The notes under the pieces were generated by a model. It saw only the letters and a list, made by a program, of their open reading frames with translations. It was not told the DNA's origin and ran no database searches. Below are positions 23,458-32,000 of a stretch of DNA of 32,000 nucleotides, in pieces (position 1 is the first letter of the stretch; each line of letters begins with the position of its first letter). The DNA lies in NCBI RefSeq assembly GCF_001598795.1, contig NZ_BCZP01000026.1:1-32000 (forward strand), given 5' to 3'. Origin of the DNA: Delftia acidovorans NBRC 14950 (GTDB lineage Bacteria; Pseudomonadota; Gammaproteobacteria; Burkholderiales; Burkholderiaceae_C). A program made the translations under genes and the position numbers.

Positions 23458-23541
23458 GGATTCATCCTTTAATACTCAGGAAAATGAACGCACACAGTCC
23501 TTCTTGTGCAGTCACCAGAGTTCATACGACCGATCACCAAG

Positions 23542-24255
23542 ATGTTGCCACAAAATATGAGTGCCAAAAAACAAAAACGAGCCATATGGAATGATCAGTT
23601 AACAAGTCAGCTTTACATCCTTTACCCGGACATGCCAACCGAGCAAGTAGCACAAATACTGGGGTGCAGCATGTCTGCAATCTACCGACAGGCTGTTGCC
23701 CTGGGGATCAAGAAATCCCAGGCCTTCAACGAAAGCGAGCACAGCGGACGAATTCAGCGCGGCAGGAATGACCCTCGGATGGTGGCCACGCAATTTCAAC
23801 CTGGACTCACGCCCTGGAACAAAGGCGTGCCTGGGTCGACGGGTCACCATGAAAACACCCGAGCAACGCAGTTCAAGACGCGCCGGCCGGAAGAGGCCAG
23901 GAACTACTTGCCCATCGGCAGCCTGCGCGTGACGCGCGACGGGCTTCTGGAACGCAAGATGACCGACGACCGGGCAATCGTCCCTGCACGGCGCTGGACA
24001 GGAGTGCACCGACTCGTCTGGGAAGCTGCGAACGGTCCAGTGCCAGAGGGTCACATCGTCGTGTTCCGGCCTGGCCAGCGGACTACCCAGGAGGCCGAAA
24101 TCACTATCGATCGCCTCGAATGCATCAGCCGCGCCGAGAACGCGCGCCGAAACCATCCCGCCCGCAAGTCTCCCGAGCTGGCCAAGCTGGTCCAGCTCAA
24201 GGGCGCCATCACTCGCCAGGTCAACCGCATTGCAAAAGAGAGCCAACCGAAATGA
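23542..24255 (+). CDS. HNH-type endonuclease-like protein with an N-terminal HTH-like region
   Basis: The start is uncertain (GTG 23506, ATG 23542 or ATG 23557). The C-terminus ..VPEGHIVVFRPGQ..ITIDRLECISRAENARRNH.. fits the phage HNH_3-like pattern. Confidence 0.65.
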   Translation: MLPQNMSAKKQKRAIWNDQLTSQLYILYPDMPTEQVAQILGCSMSAIYRQAVALGIKKSQAFNESEHSGRIQRGRNDPRMVATQFQPGLTPWNKGVPGSTGHHENTRATQFKTRRPEEARNYLPIGSLRVTRDGLLERKMTDDRAIVPARRWTGVHRLVWEAANGPVPEGHIVVFRPGQRTTQEAEITIDRLECISRAENARRNHPARKSPELAKLVQLKGAITRQVNRIAKESQPK

Positions 24256-24542
24256 GCACCCCGCACATCACCCTCGTTCGCCAGCAGTTGTTGGACACGC
24301 TGACAGATCTTCGCAACCGCGAGCAGCCCATGGACGTAGACCGCGCCCGTGCAGTGGCTCAGGTGGCCTCTGTTCTCGTTGACACGGCTAAGGTCGAAGT
24401 GGAGTACTTGAAGGTCACGCACTCGGACCGGAGCGACTTCCTCGAAGCACCGCCCACGGCGCCGCAGTTGCCTGCCCCCAGCAGCACGCCTACCCCACAC
24501 AACCCCTTTCCTACGTCGGTTCGGCACACCCTGGCCGGCTGA
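24252..24542 (+). CDS. Hypothetical phage protein
   Basis: The ATG at 24252 overlaps the HNH stop. The product is 96 aa. Confidence 0.5.
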   Translation: MSTPHITLVRQQLLDTLTDLRNREQPMDVDRARAVAQVASVLVDTAKVEVEYLKVTHSDRSDFLEAPPTAPQLPAPSSTPTPHNPFPTSVRHTLAG

Positions 24543-24602
24543 TCAACCGCATCCACCATGCTCCGGCCCGCCTTGCGCGGGCCGCTTCGTTTCTGCATCC
24601 AC

Positions 24603-24785
24603 ATGTCCAAGACCACACCCCAGAAGCCCTACACCCCTCCCAGCAACTGCTACCAGGGCACGGAGCTGAAACCGCATCCAGGCCTGCCGGCCTCGCGCTT
24701 CTATGCCTTCACGCTGCCCAGCCGAGTAGGCGGGCATCTGTACTACCCGGAACCCGCGCGCCGCGTCCAACCTTTCCCTGCCTGA
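24603..24785 (+). CDS. Hypothetical small protein
   Basis: The ATG at 24603 gives a 60-aa, Pro-rich product. Support is weak. Confidence 0.3.
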   Translation: MSKTTPQKPYTPPSNCYQGTELKPHPGLPASRFYAFTLPSRVGGHLYYPEPARRVQPFPA

Positions 24786-24798
24786 TCTGGAGCCTCTG

Positions 24799-25353
24799 AT
24801 GACGATGATCAACACACCTCTGGTGCTGCTGGCACAGCAGTGCGGCGGCACCTTTCACACGCCAGGCCCGACGCGCGCCATCCGCGGTATGTGCTTCACC
24901 TTCGAGCAGTTGGAAGCGCTGGCTGAACGGCTGCGTGAAAGCACGGCCGTAGGGGCTGTCGGGGAGCCAGTCTCGCCGAAAAAGCCTCTGCCTCATGTAT
25001 CGCGGCATCGGTCTGGCATTGGAACGCCAGATGGTGCTGCGCAGGAGATAGCGAAGGCATTTCTACAAGATGGCCTGACTGTTCTGGTCGTAACGCACGA
25101 CGGCAAGGCCGCGCCGCCTGGAGCTCGAGCATGTGGGCCTGAAGACCTTGAGCATTCACTCGGTCTGACGTTGCTGGACGAGATGGACAGCGACCGTCAG
25201 GAGAAGGTAGTTGTGGTGATTGATGCACAGCCAATTTTTCATGAGGGACGCGTTTTCCACCCAATTAAGCCTGAGACAGTGACCAACATGATCAATTCGA
25301 TGCTCTCGGAGTATCCAAACGATGACCTGGCTGTGATCTACGTCCAGGAGTGA
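24799..25353 (+). CDS. Hypothetical phage protein
   Basis: The ORF is 184 aa, and its 3' third is AT-richer than the rest. Confidence 0.5.
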   Translation: MTMINTPLVLLAQQCGGTFHTPGPTRAIRGMCFTFEQLEALAERLRESTAVGAVGEPVSPKKPLPHVSRHRSGIGTPDGAAQEIAKAFLQDGLTVLVVTHDGKAAPPGARACGPEDLEHSLGLTLLDEMDSDRQEKVVVVIDAQPIFHEGRVFHPIKPETVTNMINSMLSEYPNDDLAVIYVQE

Positions 25354-25373
25354 TTCAGAAAAATCCAGAAAAC

Positions 25374-25619
25374 ATGAACACCTTTTTTGCACTCATGGCG
25401 GAATATGGGACTGCCCACATTCCAGTAGAGAAATGCGCCGATATCTTCGGCCTTTCGCCAAGAAAGGCTTGCGAGGCGGCCGGCCGCCAACGGCTTCCGG
25501 TCCCCGCCTTTCGGTTGGGATCACAAAAAAGTCCGTGGTTGGTGGACGCACACAAGTTGGCCGAGTACCTCGACCGCCTCAAACAAGAAGCGGACGCCGA
25601 TTGGCAGAGGCTGCAGTAG
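25374..25619 (+). CDS. PrtN-family (pyocin-activator-like) or excisionase-like DNA-binding protein
   Basis: From the ATG at 25374 the product reads MNTFFALMAEYGTAHIPVEKCADIFGLSPRKACEAAGRQRLPVPAFRLGSQKSPWLVDAHKLAEYLD.., which matches the PrtN-family pattern from memory. It is adjacent to the integrase. Confidence 0.65.
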   Translation: MNTFFALMAEYGTAHIPVEKCADIFGLSPRKACEAAGRQRLPVPAFRLGSQKSPWLVDAHKLAEYLDRLKQEADADWQRLQ

Positions 25620-25637
25620 GCGCAGCTCCAAAGCCCA

Positions 25638-26693
25638 TCAACGCTCTTTGACGTTCTCAGGGCGCAGATGGGTATACCGTTTCAACGTGGCCCAGCTTTC
25701 ATGCAACGTGAACTGGGCAACCTCCTGGATGCTGTATCCCCTCTCGAAAAGCCTGCTTGTCGCCTCATGTCGCAAGTCGTGGAAGTGAAGATCCTCGATA
25801 CCAAGGACATGGCAGGCACGCGTGAATGCGGCTCCGACTGATCTGTTGTTGTAAGGGAAGACGAATTCCGCCCCCTCTTCTCTCGACTGACTTTTGATGA
25901 TCTCGGCTGCCGCCTTGAGCACCCGGAAGCACCGCCGGTTGCCCTTCTTCATGCGGGGGTGCTTCACGTCATCCAGCCACGCCACCCCCTTCTCAAAATC
26001 CACATCGTCCCAACGCAGGCGGCATATCTCCTCCTGGCGCCGCGCCGTGAGCAGCGCGAACTGCATGATGTCGCGCATGGGAATGGACGCCCTGCCGTCG
26101 CGGCTGGAGAAGTGCTCCAGTAGCTTGGCCTCTTCCTCGGGCAGCAGCCGGCGCGAGCGCTGGGCCGGCTTGGCGATCACCCGCGTGCGCAGCAGCTCGG
26201 ACTTGGCACGGTCCAGCACCTGCAGCGGCGCATCAATGCCGCGCGCGGCCGAAGCATGCAGGAACACCTGGCGCAGCCACACCATGTCATTGAGCACGGT
26301 GGCCGGGCCGGCCTCGTCTTCCGTGCGCCGCTTCTTGGCGTAGCCCATCAGATCCTGCACCGTGAGCTTGGTGGCCTGGAGGTCGGCCAGGCCAGAGGCC
26401 TGCAGGCGCGCGATGTCGGCTTTTTTACTACGGCCCCACTCAGTCACGTTTTCGGCCGCGCTGACATAATCCCGTAGTAGCTCCCCCACTGAAACTTTCT
26501 TGTGTAGAGCCTGGCCAGAAGCGCGCTCCTGCTCCAGCTCGTACTCCCGCCGGCGCAGCCATTCGCTGGCCAGAACCTTCCGGCTGAACGTCTGTGCTTC
26601 GCTGTAGATGACCTGGCCGCCTTCCTTGAGCCGGATCTGCGCGGTGTATGACTGCGAGCCGTCTGCTCGCTTGCGTGTGGTGATGGTTCCCAT
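25638..26693 (-). CDS. int: Tyrosine recombinase / phage integrase (dusA-associated type by context)
   Basis: The 351-aa product has the C-terminal catalytic region ..HFHDLRHEATSRLFERGYSIQEVAQFTLHESWATLKRYTH... It is divergent from and about 120 bp away from the dusA start. Confidence 0.9.
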   Translation of the reverse strand: MGTITTRKRADGSQSYTAQIRLKEGGQVIYSEAQTFSRKVLASEWLRRREYELEQERASGQALHKKVSVGELLRDYVSAAENVTEWGRSKKADIARLQASGLADLQATKLTVQDLMGYAKKRRTEDEAGPATVLNDMVWLRQVFLHASAARGIDAPLQVLDRAKSELLRTRVIAKPAQRSRRLLPEEEAKLLEHFSSRDGRASIPMRDIMQFALLTARRQEEICRLRWDDVDFEKGVAWLDDVKHPRMKKGNRRCFRVLKAAAEIIKSQSREEGAEFVFPYNNRSVGAAFTRACHVLGIEDLHFHDLRHEATSRLFERGYSIQEVAQFTLHESWATLKRYTHLRPENVKER

Positions 26694-26736
26694 TGAGTGC
26701 TACAAGCCAATTTTGTAGCACTCAATGTAGCACTCA
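26694..26736. repeat. Three copies of the 11-mer TGTAGCACTCA immediately upstream of int (candidate arm-type or operator sites)
   Basis: One inverted copy lies at 26694..26704. Two direct copies lie at 26714..26724 and 26726..26736. Confidence 0.5.
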
Positions 26737-26816
26737 GAGCTGAAAAAACAGGAAAAACGGGGTCCAACGGTGCAAAATCAGGAGCAGTCACCGGAGCAAG
26801 AAACCCAATCAAATCA

Positions 26817-27827
26817 ATGACAAACGTAGAAAATCAAGCACCTGCAAGCATGTGGCGCATGTCCGTTGCACCCATGATGGACTGGACCGACAAGCACTGC
26901 CGCTACCTGCACCGGCTTCTGAGCCGCCACACCTTGCTCTACACAGAGATGGTGACGACGGGCGCTCTGCTGCACGGTGATGTGCCGCGGCATCTGCGTT
27001 TCGAGGCCGAGGAGCATCCGGTGGCGCTGCAGCTCGGCGGCAGCGAGCCTTCCGATCTGGCGCAGGCTGCGCGGCTGGGGGCGCAGTGGGGGTATGACGA
27101 GATCAACCTCAATTGCGGCTGCCCCAGCGAGCGTGTGCAACGCGGCGCATTTGGCGCATGCCTGATGAATGAGGCGCCGTTGGTGGCCGATTGCGTGAAG
27201 GCGATGGTGGATGTGGTGGATGTGCCCGTCACGGTGAAGCACCGCATCGGCATCGACAAGGATGAGAGCTACCAGTTCGTGCGCGATTTCGTGGGCACGG
27301 TGGCCGATGCGGGATGCCGCGTGTTCATCGTTCACGCGCGTAATGCCTGGCTCAAGGGCCTGTCTCCCAAGGAAAACCGCGAGATCCCGCCGCTGCGCTA
27401 CGAGATCGTGGCCCGGCTCAAGCAGGATTTTCCGGAACTGACCATTGCCATCAATGGCGGCATCAAGGCCGATGCCACGGTGCAGGAACTGCTGCAGCAG
27501 GTCGATGGCGTGATGGTGGGCCGCGAGGCCTATCACAACCCCTGGTGGCTGGCCTCGTGGGATGCGCTGTACTACGGCGATGCGAGCGTGGAGCACACGC
27601 GCGAGTCCATCGAGGAGCAGATGGTGGCGTATATGGAGCGCGAGGCGCGCACGCATGGCACGCACTGGTACTCCATCGCGCGGCATATGTTGGGGTTGCG
27701 CAACGGGCTGGCGGGGGCGCGCCGCTGGCGCCAGGTGTGGAGCAATCACCAGTTCAAGCAATTGCCGCCTTCAGAGGTGATGCGGCTTGCGCGCACCAAA
27801 CCGGCCGAGGCGGCGCTTGCCGCCTAG
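26817..27827 (+). CDS. dusA: tRNA-dihydrouridine(20/20a) synthase DusA
   Basis: From the ATG at 26817 the product reads ..WRMSVAPMMDWTDKHCRYLHRLLSRHTLLYTEMVTTGALLHGD..EEHPVALQLGG..INLNCGCPSERVQ.., closely parallel to E. coli DusA. Confidence 0.9.
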   Translation: MTNVENQAPASMWRMSVAPMMDWTDKHCRYLHRLLSRHTLLYTEMVTTGALLHGDVPRHLRFEAEEHPVALQLGGSEPSDLAQAARLGAQWGYDEINLNCGCPSERVQRGAFGACLMNEAPLVADCVKAMVDVVDVPVTVKHRIGIDKDESYQFVRDFVGTVADAGCRVFIVHARNAWLKGLSPKENREIPPLRYEIVARLKQDFPELTIAINGGIKADATVQELLQQVDGVMVGREAYHNPWWLASWDALYYGDASVEHTRESIEEQMVAYMEREARTHGTHWYSIARHMLGLRNGLAGARRWRQVWSNHQFKQLPPSEVMRLARTKPAEAALAA

Positions 27828-27995
27828 CGCTGGGGACTGCATTGCAGGATGGCCAGGGCTAAGTCGACCGCCCGCCCAGGCCTATCGGTAAAAACTATCA
27901 CTTACGCGACAGCATCAAAGGGGTTTTACTACCAATTTTCTTAGCTTGCTGCTGATATATTGCACTGCAACATATCCAAACAACCCCTTGTATCC

Positions 27996-29369
27996 ATGCT
28001 CTATCAGCTCTACGAAATCCAGCGCGCCATGGTCGAGCCCTTTGCCGATTTCGCGCAAGCTGCAGCCAAGCTCTACAGCAACCCCCACTCGTTGCTGAGC
28101 CAAGGTCCGATGTCCCAGCGCATGGCCGCCGGGTTCGATCTGTTCTACCGCCTTGGCAAGGATTACGAGAAGCCCGAATTCAACCTGCACAGTGTGGATG
28201 TGGGCGGCGTTGACGTGACCATCCGCGAGCGCGTCGAAGTGGACAAGCCGTTTTGCGAGCTGCGCCGCTTCAAGCGCTTCTCCGACGACACCGATACGCT
28301 GCAGACCATGCTGAGCCAGCCCGTGGTGCTGATCGTGGCGCCGCTGTCGGGCCACTACGCCACGCTGCTGCGCGATACGGTGCAAAGCATGCTGGGCGGC
28401 CACAAGGTCTACATCACCGACTGGAAGAACGCCCGCCTGGTGCCCCTGGCCGATGGCGAGTTCCACCTCGACGACTACGTGAACTATGTGCAGGAGTTCA
28501 TCCGCTACCTGCAGGGCAAATACGGCCAGTGCCACGTGGTCAGCGTCTGCCAGCCCACGGTGCCGGTGCTGGCTGCCGTGTCGCTGATGGCCAGCCGTGG
28601 CGAGACGCCCCCGCTGTCCATGACCATGATGGGCGGCCCCATCGACGCGCGCCGCTCGCCGACCTCGGTGAACAACCTGGCGCAGAACCGCAGCTTCGAG
28701 TGGTTCGAGAACAACGTGATCTACCGCGTGCCCGAAGGCTATCCGGGCGTAGGCCGCCGCGTGTACCCGGGCTTCCTGCAGTACTCGGGCTTCGTGGCCA
28801 TGAATCCGGACCGCCACGCCAATAGCCACTACGACTACTTCAAGGACCTGATCAAGGGTGACGACGCCAGCGCCGAGCATCACCGCAAGTTCTATGACGA
28901 GTACAACGCCGTGCTCGACATGGATGCCGACTACTACCTCGAGACCATCGCCACGGTGTTCCAGGACTACAAGCTGGTCCATGGCACCTGGGAAGTGCGT
29001 TCGCCCGAAGGCCAGGCCGAGCTGGTGCGCCCGCAGGACATCAAGGGCAGCGCCCTGCTGACCGTCGAAGGCGAGCTGGACGACATCTCCGGCTCGGGCC
29101 AGACGCGTGCAGCGCACGATCTGTGCACGGGCATCGCGGCCGATCAGCGCAAGCACCTTGAAGTGCCGGGCGCCGGACACTACGGGATTTTCAGCGGCAG
29201 GCGCTGGAGAGAGATCGTCTACCCGCAGGTGCGCGAGTTCATCAGTGCCCACCAGCCCGAAAGCGCCACGGCCGCCAGCGCGGCAGGTCACACCAGCAGC
29301 CTGAGCGATGACGCGCCCTCGGCCACCGAGCAGCCGCGCAAGCGCGGTGCCAAGGTGCAGGCAGGCTGA
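27996..29369 (+). CDS. phaZ: Intracellular polyhydroxyalkanoate (PHB) depolymerase
   Basis: From the ATG at 27996 the product reads [30 protein letters not shown].., the characteristic N-terminus of the PhaZ family. The track start at 27960 is a TTG. Confidence 0.8.
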   Translation: MLYQLYEIQRAMVEPFADFAQAAAKLYSNPHSLLSQGPMSQRMAAGFDLFYRLGKDYEKPEFNLHSVDVGGVDVTIRERVEVDKPFCELRRFKRFSDDTDTLQTMLSQPVVLIVAPLSGHYATLLRDTVQSMLGGHKVYITDWKNARLVPLADGEFHLDDYVNYVQEFIRYLQGKYGQCHVVSVCQPTVPVLAAVSLMASRGETPPLSMTMMGGPIDARRSPTSVNNLAQNRSFEWFENNVIYRVPEGYPGVGRRVYPGFLQYSGFVAMNPDRHANSHYDYFKDLIKGDDASAEHHRKFYDEYNAVLDMDADYYLETIATVFQDYKLVHGTWEVRSPEGQAELVRPQDIKGSALLTVEGELDDISGSGQTRAAHDLCTGIAADQRKHLEVPGAGHYGIFSGRRWREIVYPQVREFISAHQPESATAASAAGHTSSLSDDAPSATEQPRKRGAKVQAG

Positions 29370-29392
29370 GCACCGAGCAAGCCAGGCCCGCC

Positions 29393-30109
29393 ATGTCCGC
29401 CTTCGCAATCCTTGCCCGCGACGATCTGGCAGCACGCATAGACGCGGCGCTGCCGCAGACGCAGTGCACGCGTTGCGGCTACCCCGACTGCGCCAGCTAT
29501 GCCCAGGCCGTGGCCTCGGGCGAGGCCGGCATCAACCAGTGCCCCCCCGGGGGCGCTGCGGGAGTGGAGAGGCTGGCTGCACTGACGGGCCGGCCCGCTG
29601 TCCCACTGAGCGCCGAGCACGGCACGGAAGCCCCGCGCACCGTGGCCGTGATCGACGAGGCATGGTGCATCGGTTGCACCCTGTGCATCAAGGCCTGCCC
29701 CACGGATGCCATCCTGGGCGCCAACAAGTTCATGCATACGGTGATCGCAGCCCACTGCACGGGCTGCGAGCTGTGCATCCCCGTCTGTCCCGTGGACTGT
29801 ATCGAGCTGCACAACGCCAGCGGCCCGGCCACAGGCTGGTCTGCCTGGAGCCCCCAGCAGGCCGAGCATGCGCGCCAGCGCTATGTGCTGCGCCGAGAGC
29901 GTGAACAGGAGCGCGAGCGCCTGGGTGCCTCCCGGGCGCAGATGCCTCTTGCATTGGGTGAGCAGGAAATGGCCGACGACGCCAGCCCTTCCACGCCCTG
30001 CCCGGCGCCCCCGCTGGCGACCGACAGCAAGCAAGCCACCATCGCAGCCATCCTGGCCCGCGCACGCGCCCAGCGTGCGGGTGGTGCCTCAACGCCCAAC
30101 GGGCATTGA
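29393..30109 (+). CDS. RnfB-related 4Fe-4S ferredoxin
   Basis: The product has ..[35 protein letters not shown].. plus two CxxCxxCxxxCP motifs ([12 protein letters not shown] and [12 protein letters not shown]). Confidence 0.8.
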   Translation: MSAFAILARDDLAARIDAALPQTQCTRCGYPDCASYAQAVASGEAGINQCPPGGAAGVERLAALTGRPAVPLSAEHGTEAPRTVAVIDEAWCIGCTLCIKACPTDAILGANKFMHTVIAAHCTGCELCIPVCPVDCIELHNASGPATGWSAWSPQQAEHARQRYVLRREREQERERLGASRAQMPLALGEQEMADDASPSTPCPAPPLATDSKQATIAAILARARAQRAGGASTPNGH

Positions 30110-30217
30110 GTGGATGTGGGCGGGCAGCGAGACCCGCCTACGCCCGCCAGTACAAGCCTATGGATGCCCATAGATGGTCATAGACCGCCATAGGCACCCA
30201 CGCAGGCCGTGGCAGGC

Positions 30218-31756
30218 CTACGCAGCCAGCGCCAGGCTCTTGTAGACCCCGCAACCCCAGTACAGCCCGCCATGCTTGCAGACGAAGGACATCTTGGTCT
30301 GTACCTGTTGCGTGGCAGGGTTTCTGAAGTCGTACTCCACCCAGCCTGGGCCGCGCTCGGCCTGGGCAATGATGTCGGCCAACAGTTGCTCACCCCGCAC
30401 GCCTGGCAGCTCCTGCACGCGCACGCCCACACGCGCAGGGTTGCCGCCGAAGGCGCGGTAGCTGCCGTCGGCGGCCAGGGCGAACACGTACATATCGCGG
30501 TCATGGAAGGGCTGGCCGGGGTCGTTCACGGCGGCCAGCAATGCCTCGGTGGCCACGCCGCGCCGCGCCAGGCCCAGGGCCGACTCGACCAGGGCCACGG
30601 CTTCCTCCGCCGTGCCCTGCTGCAGGCGAAAGCGCGACACCGCCCCTGACAGCATCTGCGCGCGCTGCTGCAGCGCGCGTGCCTGGTCCAGCGCGTGGCC
30701 CACCATCTGCGCGTTGTGCTGGGTGATCTCGTCGATCTGGTGCACGGCGCGGCTGATCTCGGCCAGGCCCGTGCTCTGGCTGCCGGTCGATTGCGAGAGC
30801 TCGCCCATGTGCTCGGCCACCTGGCGGATGCCTTCGGTCACGCGCTCCATGCCACGCCCGGCCGTGCGGATCAACTCGGTGCTGTGCTCCACCTGGGTCA
30901 GCGCATCGCCAATCAGGTGGCGAATCTCGCGCGCCGCCTCCGCCGAGCGGCCGGCCAGAGAGCGCACCTCGCTGGCCACCACGGCAAAGCCCCGGCCCTG
31001 CTCGCCAGCCCGTGCGGCCTCCACGGCGGCATTGAGCGCGAGGATATTGGTCTGGAAAGCAATGCCGTCGATCACGCCGATGATCTCCCGCATGCGCCCG
31101 GCGCTGTTCTCAATGGTCTCCACCGATTCCACGGCGCGGCCCATGGCCACCACGCCTTCATCGGCGGCGCCGCGCACGGCGCTGGCCTGGTGGTGGACCA
31201 CGCCCACCACATCGGCGTTGTGCTGCACGGCGCTGCTCAACTGCTCCACGCTGACCACGGTCTGGGCCAGGTTGGTGGCCTGCAGCTCGGTGCGATCGGA
31301 CAGCGCCTGGTGCTCGTTCACCAATTGCTGCCCGGCCTGCGCCACCAGGGCCGCGTTGCTGCGCACATCGGCCACCATGCCCGACAGCGAGGTGACCATG
31401 CCTCCCAGCAGCGCCTTGGGCGTCTGGACAGCACCAACGCCCTCCTGCGAGGCGGCCGCCTCCACGGTCACGCGCTGGCTCAGGTCGCCCTGGGCGATGC
31501 CCTGCATGGCCTGCTGCAGCAATTCGCGCTCGCCGATCACCCGCGACCAGAGCCTGTGCATGCCGCCCAGCAGCAGTCCGGCCCACAGCAGCAAGGCTCC
31601 CCAAACCCAGGGCCCCATGCCCGCCGAGCCGGCCACCAGCGCCAGCGGCGGCCCCGCCAATGCCCACACGGCGCATACAAGGAAGCCGGCCCCGGGGCCG
31701 GATGTATGCTTACGATGCCTGTTTCCCACTTTTTCCATGCCAGCGCCTGCCTGCAT
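30218..31756 (-). CDS. Methyl-accepting chemotaxis protein with a C-terminal Cache-like domain
   Basis: The product has an N-terminal TM pair, a HAMP-like segment and the MCP signalling-domain core (..[34 protein letters not shown]..). The C-terminal ~140 aa resemble a single-Cache fold. An alternative ATG lies at 31738. Confidence 0.85.
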   Translation of the reverse strand: MQAGAGMEKVGNRHRKHTSGPGAGFLVCAVWALAGPPLALVAGSAGMGPWVWGALLLWAGLLLGGMHRLWSRVIGERELLQQAMQGIAQGDLSQRVTVEAAASQEGVGAVQTPKALLGGMVTSLSGMVADVRSNAALVAQAGQQLVNEHQALSDRTELQATNLAQTVVSVEQLSSAVQHNADVVGVVHHQASAVRGAADEGVVAMGRAVESVETIENSAGRMREIIGVIDGIAFQTNILALNAAVEAARAGEQGRGFAVVASEVRSLAGRSAEAAREIRHLIGDALTQVEHSTELIRTAGRGMERVTEGIRQVAEHMGELSQSTGSQSTGLAEISRAVHQIDEITQHNAQMVGHALDQARALQQRAQMLSGAVSRFRLQQGTAEEAVALVESALGLARRGVATEALLAAVNDPGQPFHDRDMYVFALAADGSYRAFGGNPARVGVRVQELPGVRGEQLLADIIAQAERGPGWVEYDFRNPATQQVQTKMSFVCKHGGLYWGCGVYKSLALAA

Positions 31757-31943
31757 AGCTGATTGCCTCTCTAGTCATTGATATCTGGAATTCACCGTTC
31801 ACGAGGCCCCGCCACACGAGATGGCATGGCCCCAGTCGAGACCATGCCAGAATAGGTAACAGAATGCAAAAAAGCCAGCGTGCAGACCCGCAGCCCCCTG
31901 TGACAACGGCATGCCGAAAGCGCATCAATCCATAATGCGAGCC

Positions 31944-32000
31944 CATGAATCCCCTGCTCTCCCGACTCCAGCCCTACCCGTTTGAGCGTCTTCGCAAACT
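31944..32000 (+). CDS. dapC: Succinyldiaminopimelate transaminase, N-terminal 19 codons only
   Basis: From the ATG at 31944 the product MNPLLSRLQPYPFERLRKL.. resembles the betaproteobacterial DapC N-terminus. It is truncated by the window edge. Confidence 0.5.

Noticed and set aside
26697-26816. A 40-codon N-terminal extension of dusA starting at GTG 26697.
   Set aside because: It runs through the int-proximal repeat and promoter region and has no similarity to DusA. The ATG at 26817 gives a normal DusA N-terminus.

Overview
High-GC proteobacterial DNA; a betaproteobacterium, possibly Comamonadaceae, is my inference from gene content. About 26 kb of the window (roughly 902 to 26816) is a lambdoid-style prophage. 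It sits next to the 5' end of dusA, with a tyrosine integrase at 25638..26693. Read right to left on the minus strand it carries a cro-like gene, an RHH protein, a DUF1376 replication protein with iteron-like repeats, a P-like protein, RuvC-, NinB- and YbcO-like genes, a cargo island, terS, terL, portal, and a holin, SAR-endolysin and Rz/Rz1 lysis cassette. On the plus strand, a CI-like repressor gene is followed by a separate operator-controlled promoter that drives small ORFs, erf, an exonuclease, an H-NS-like gene, an HNH gene and a PrtN/Xis-like gene. The host right flank is dusA, phaZ, an RnfB-like ferredoxin, an MCP and the start of dapC. The most interesting items are: (1) an AT-rich, antisense two-gene membrane-protein cassette at 22358..23457; (2) a cargo operon with an IPTL-CTERM protein, a collagen-like G-x-T protein and a GT2 glycosyltransferase, next to a Crp/Fnr gene bracketed by two paralogous small genes; (3) a canonical LexA box on the promoter of an XRE gene that converges on and overlaps the repressor gene; (4) about 535 bp of structured, apparently non-coding DNA behind a strong operator-flanked promoter; (5) a left-end gene with a mid-protein IPTL-like sorting signal. 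All homology calls come from reading the translations and from memory; no searches were run, and GC statements are by eye.
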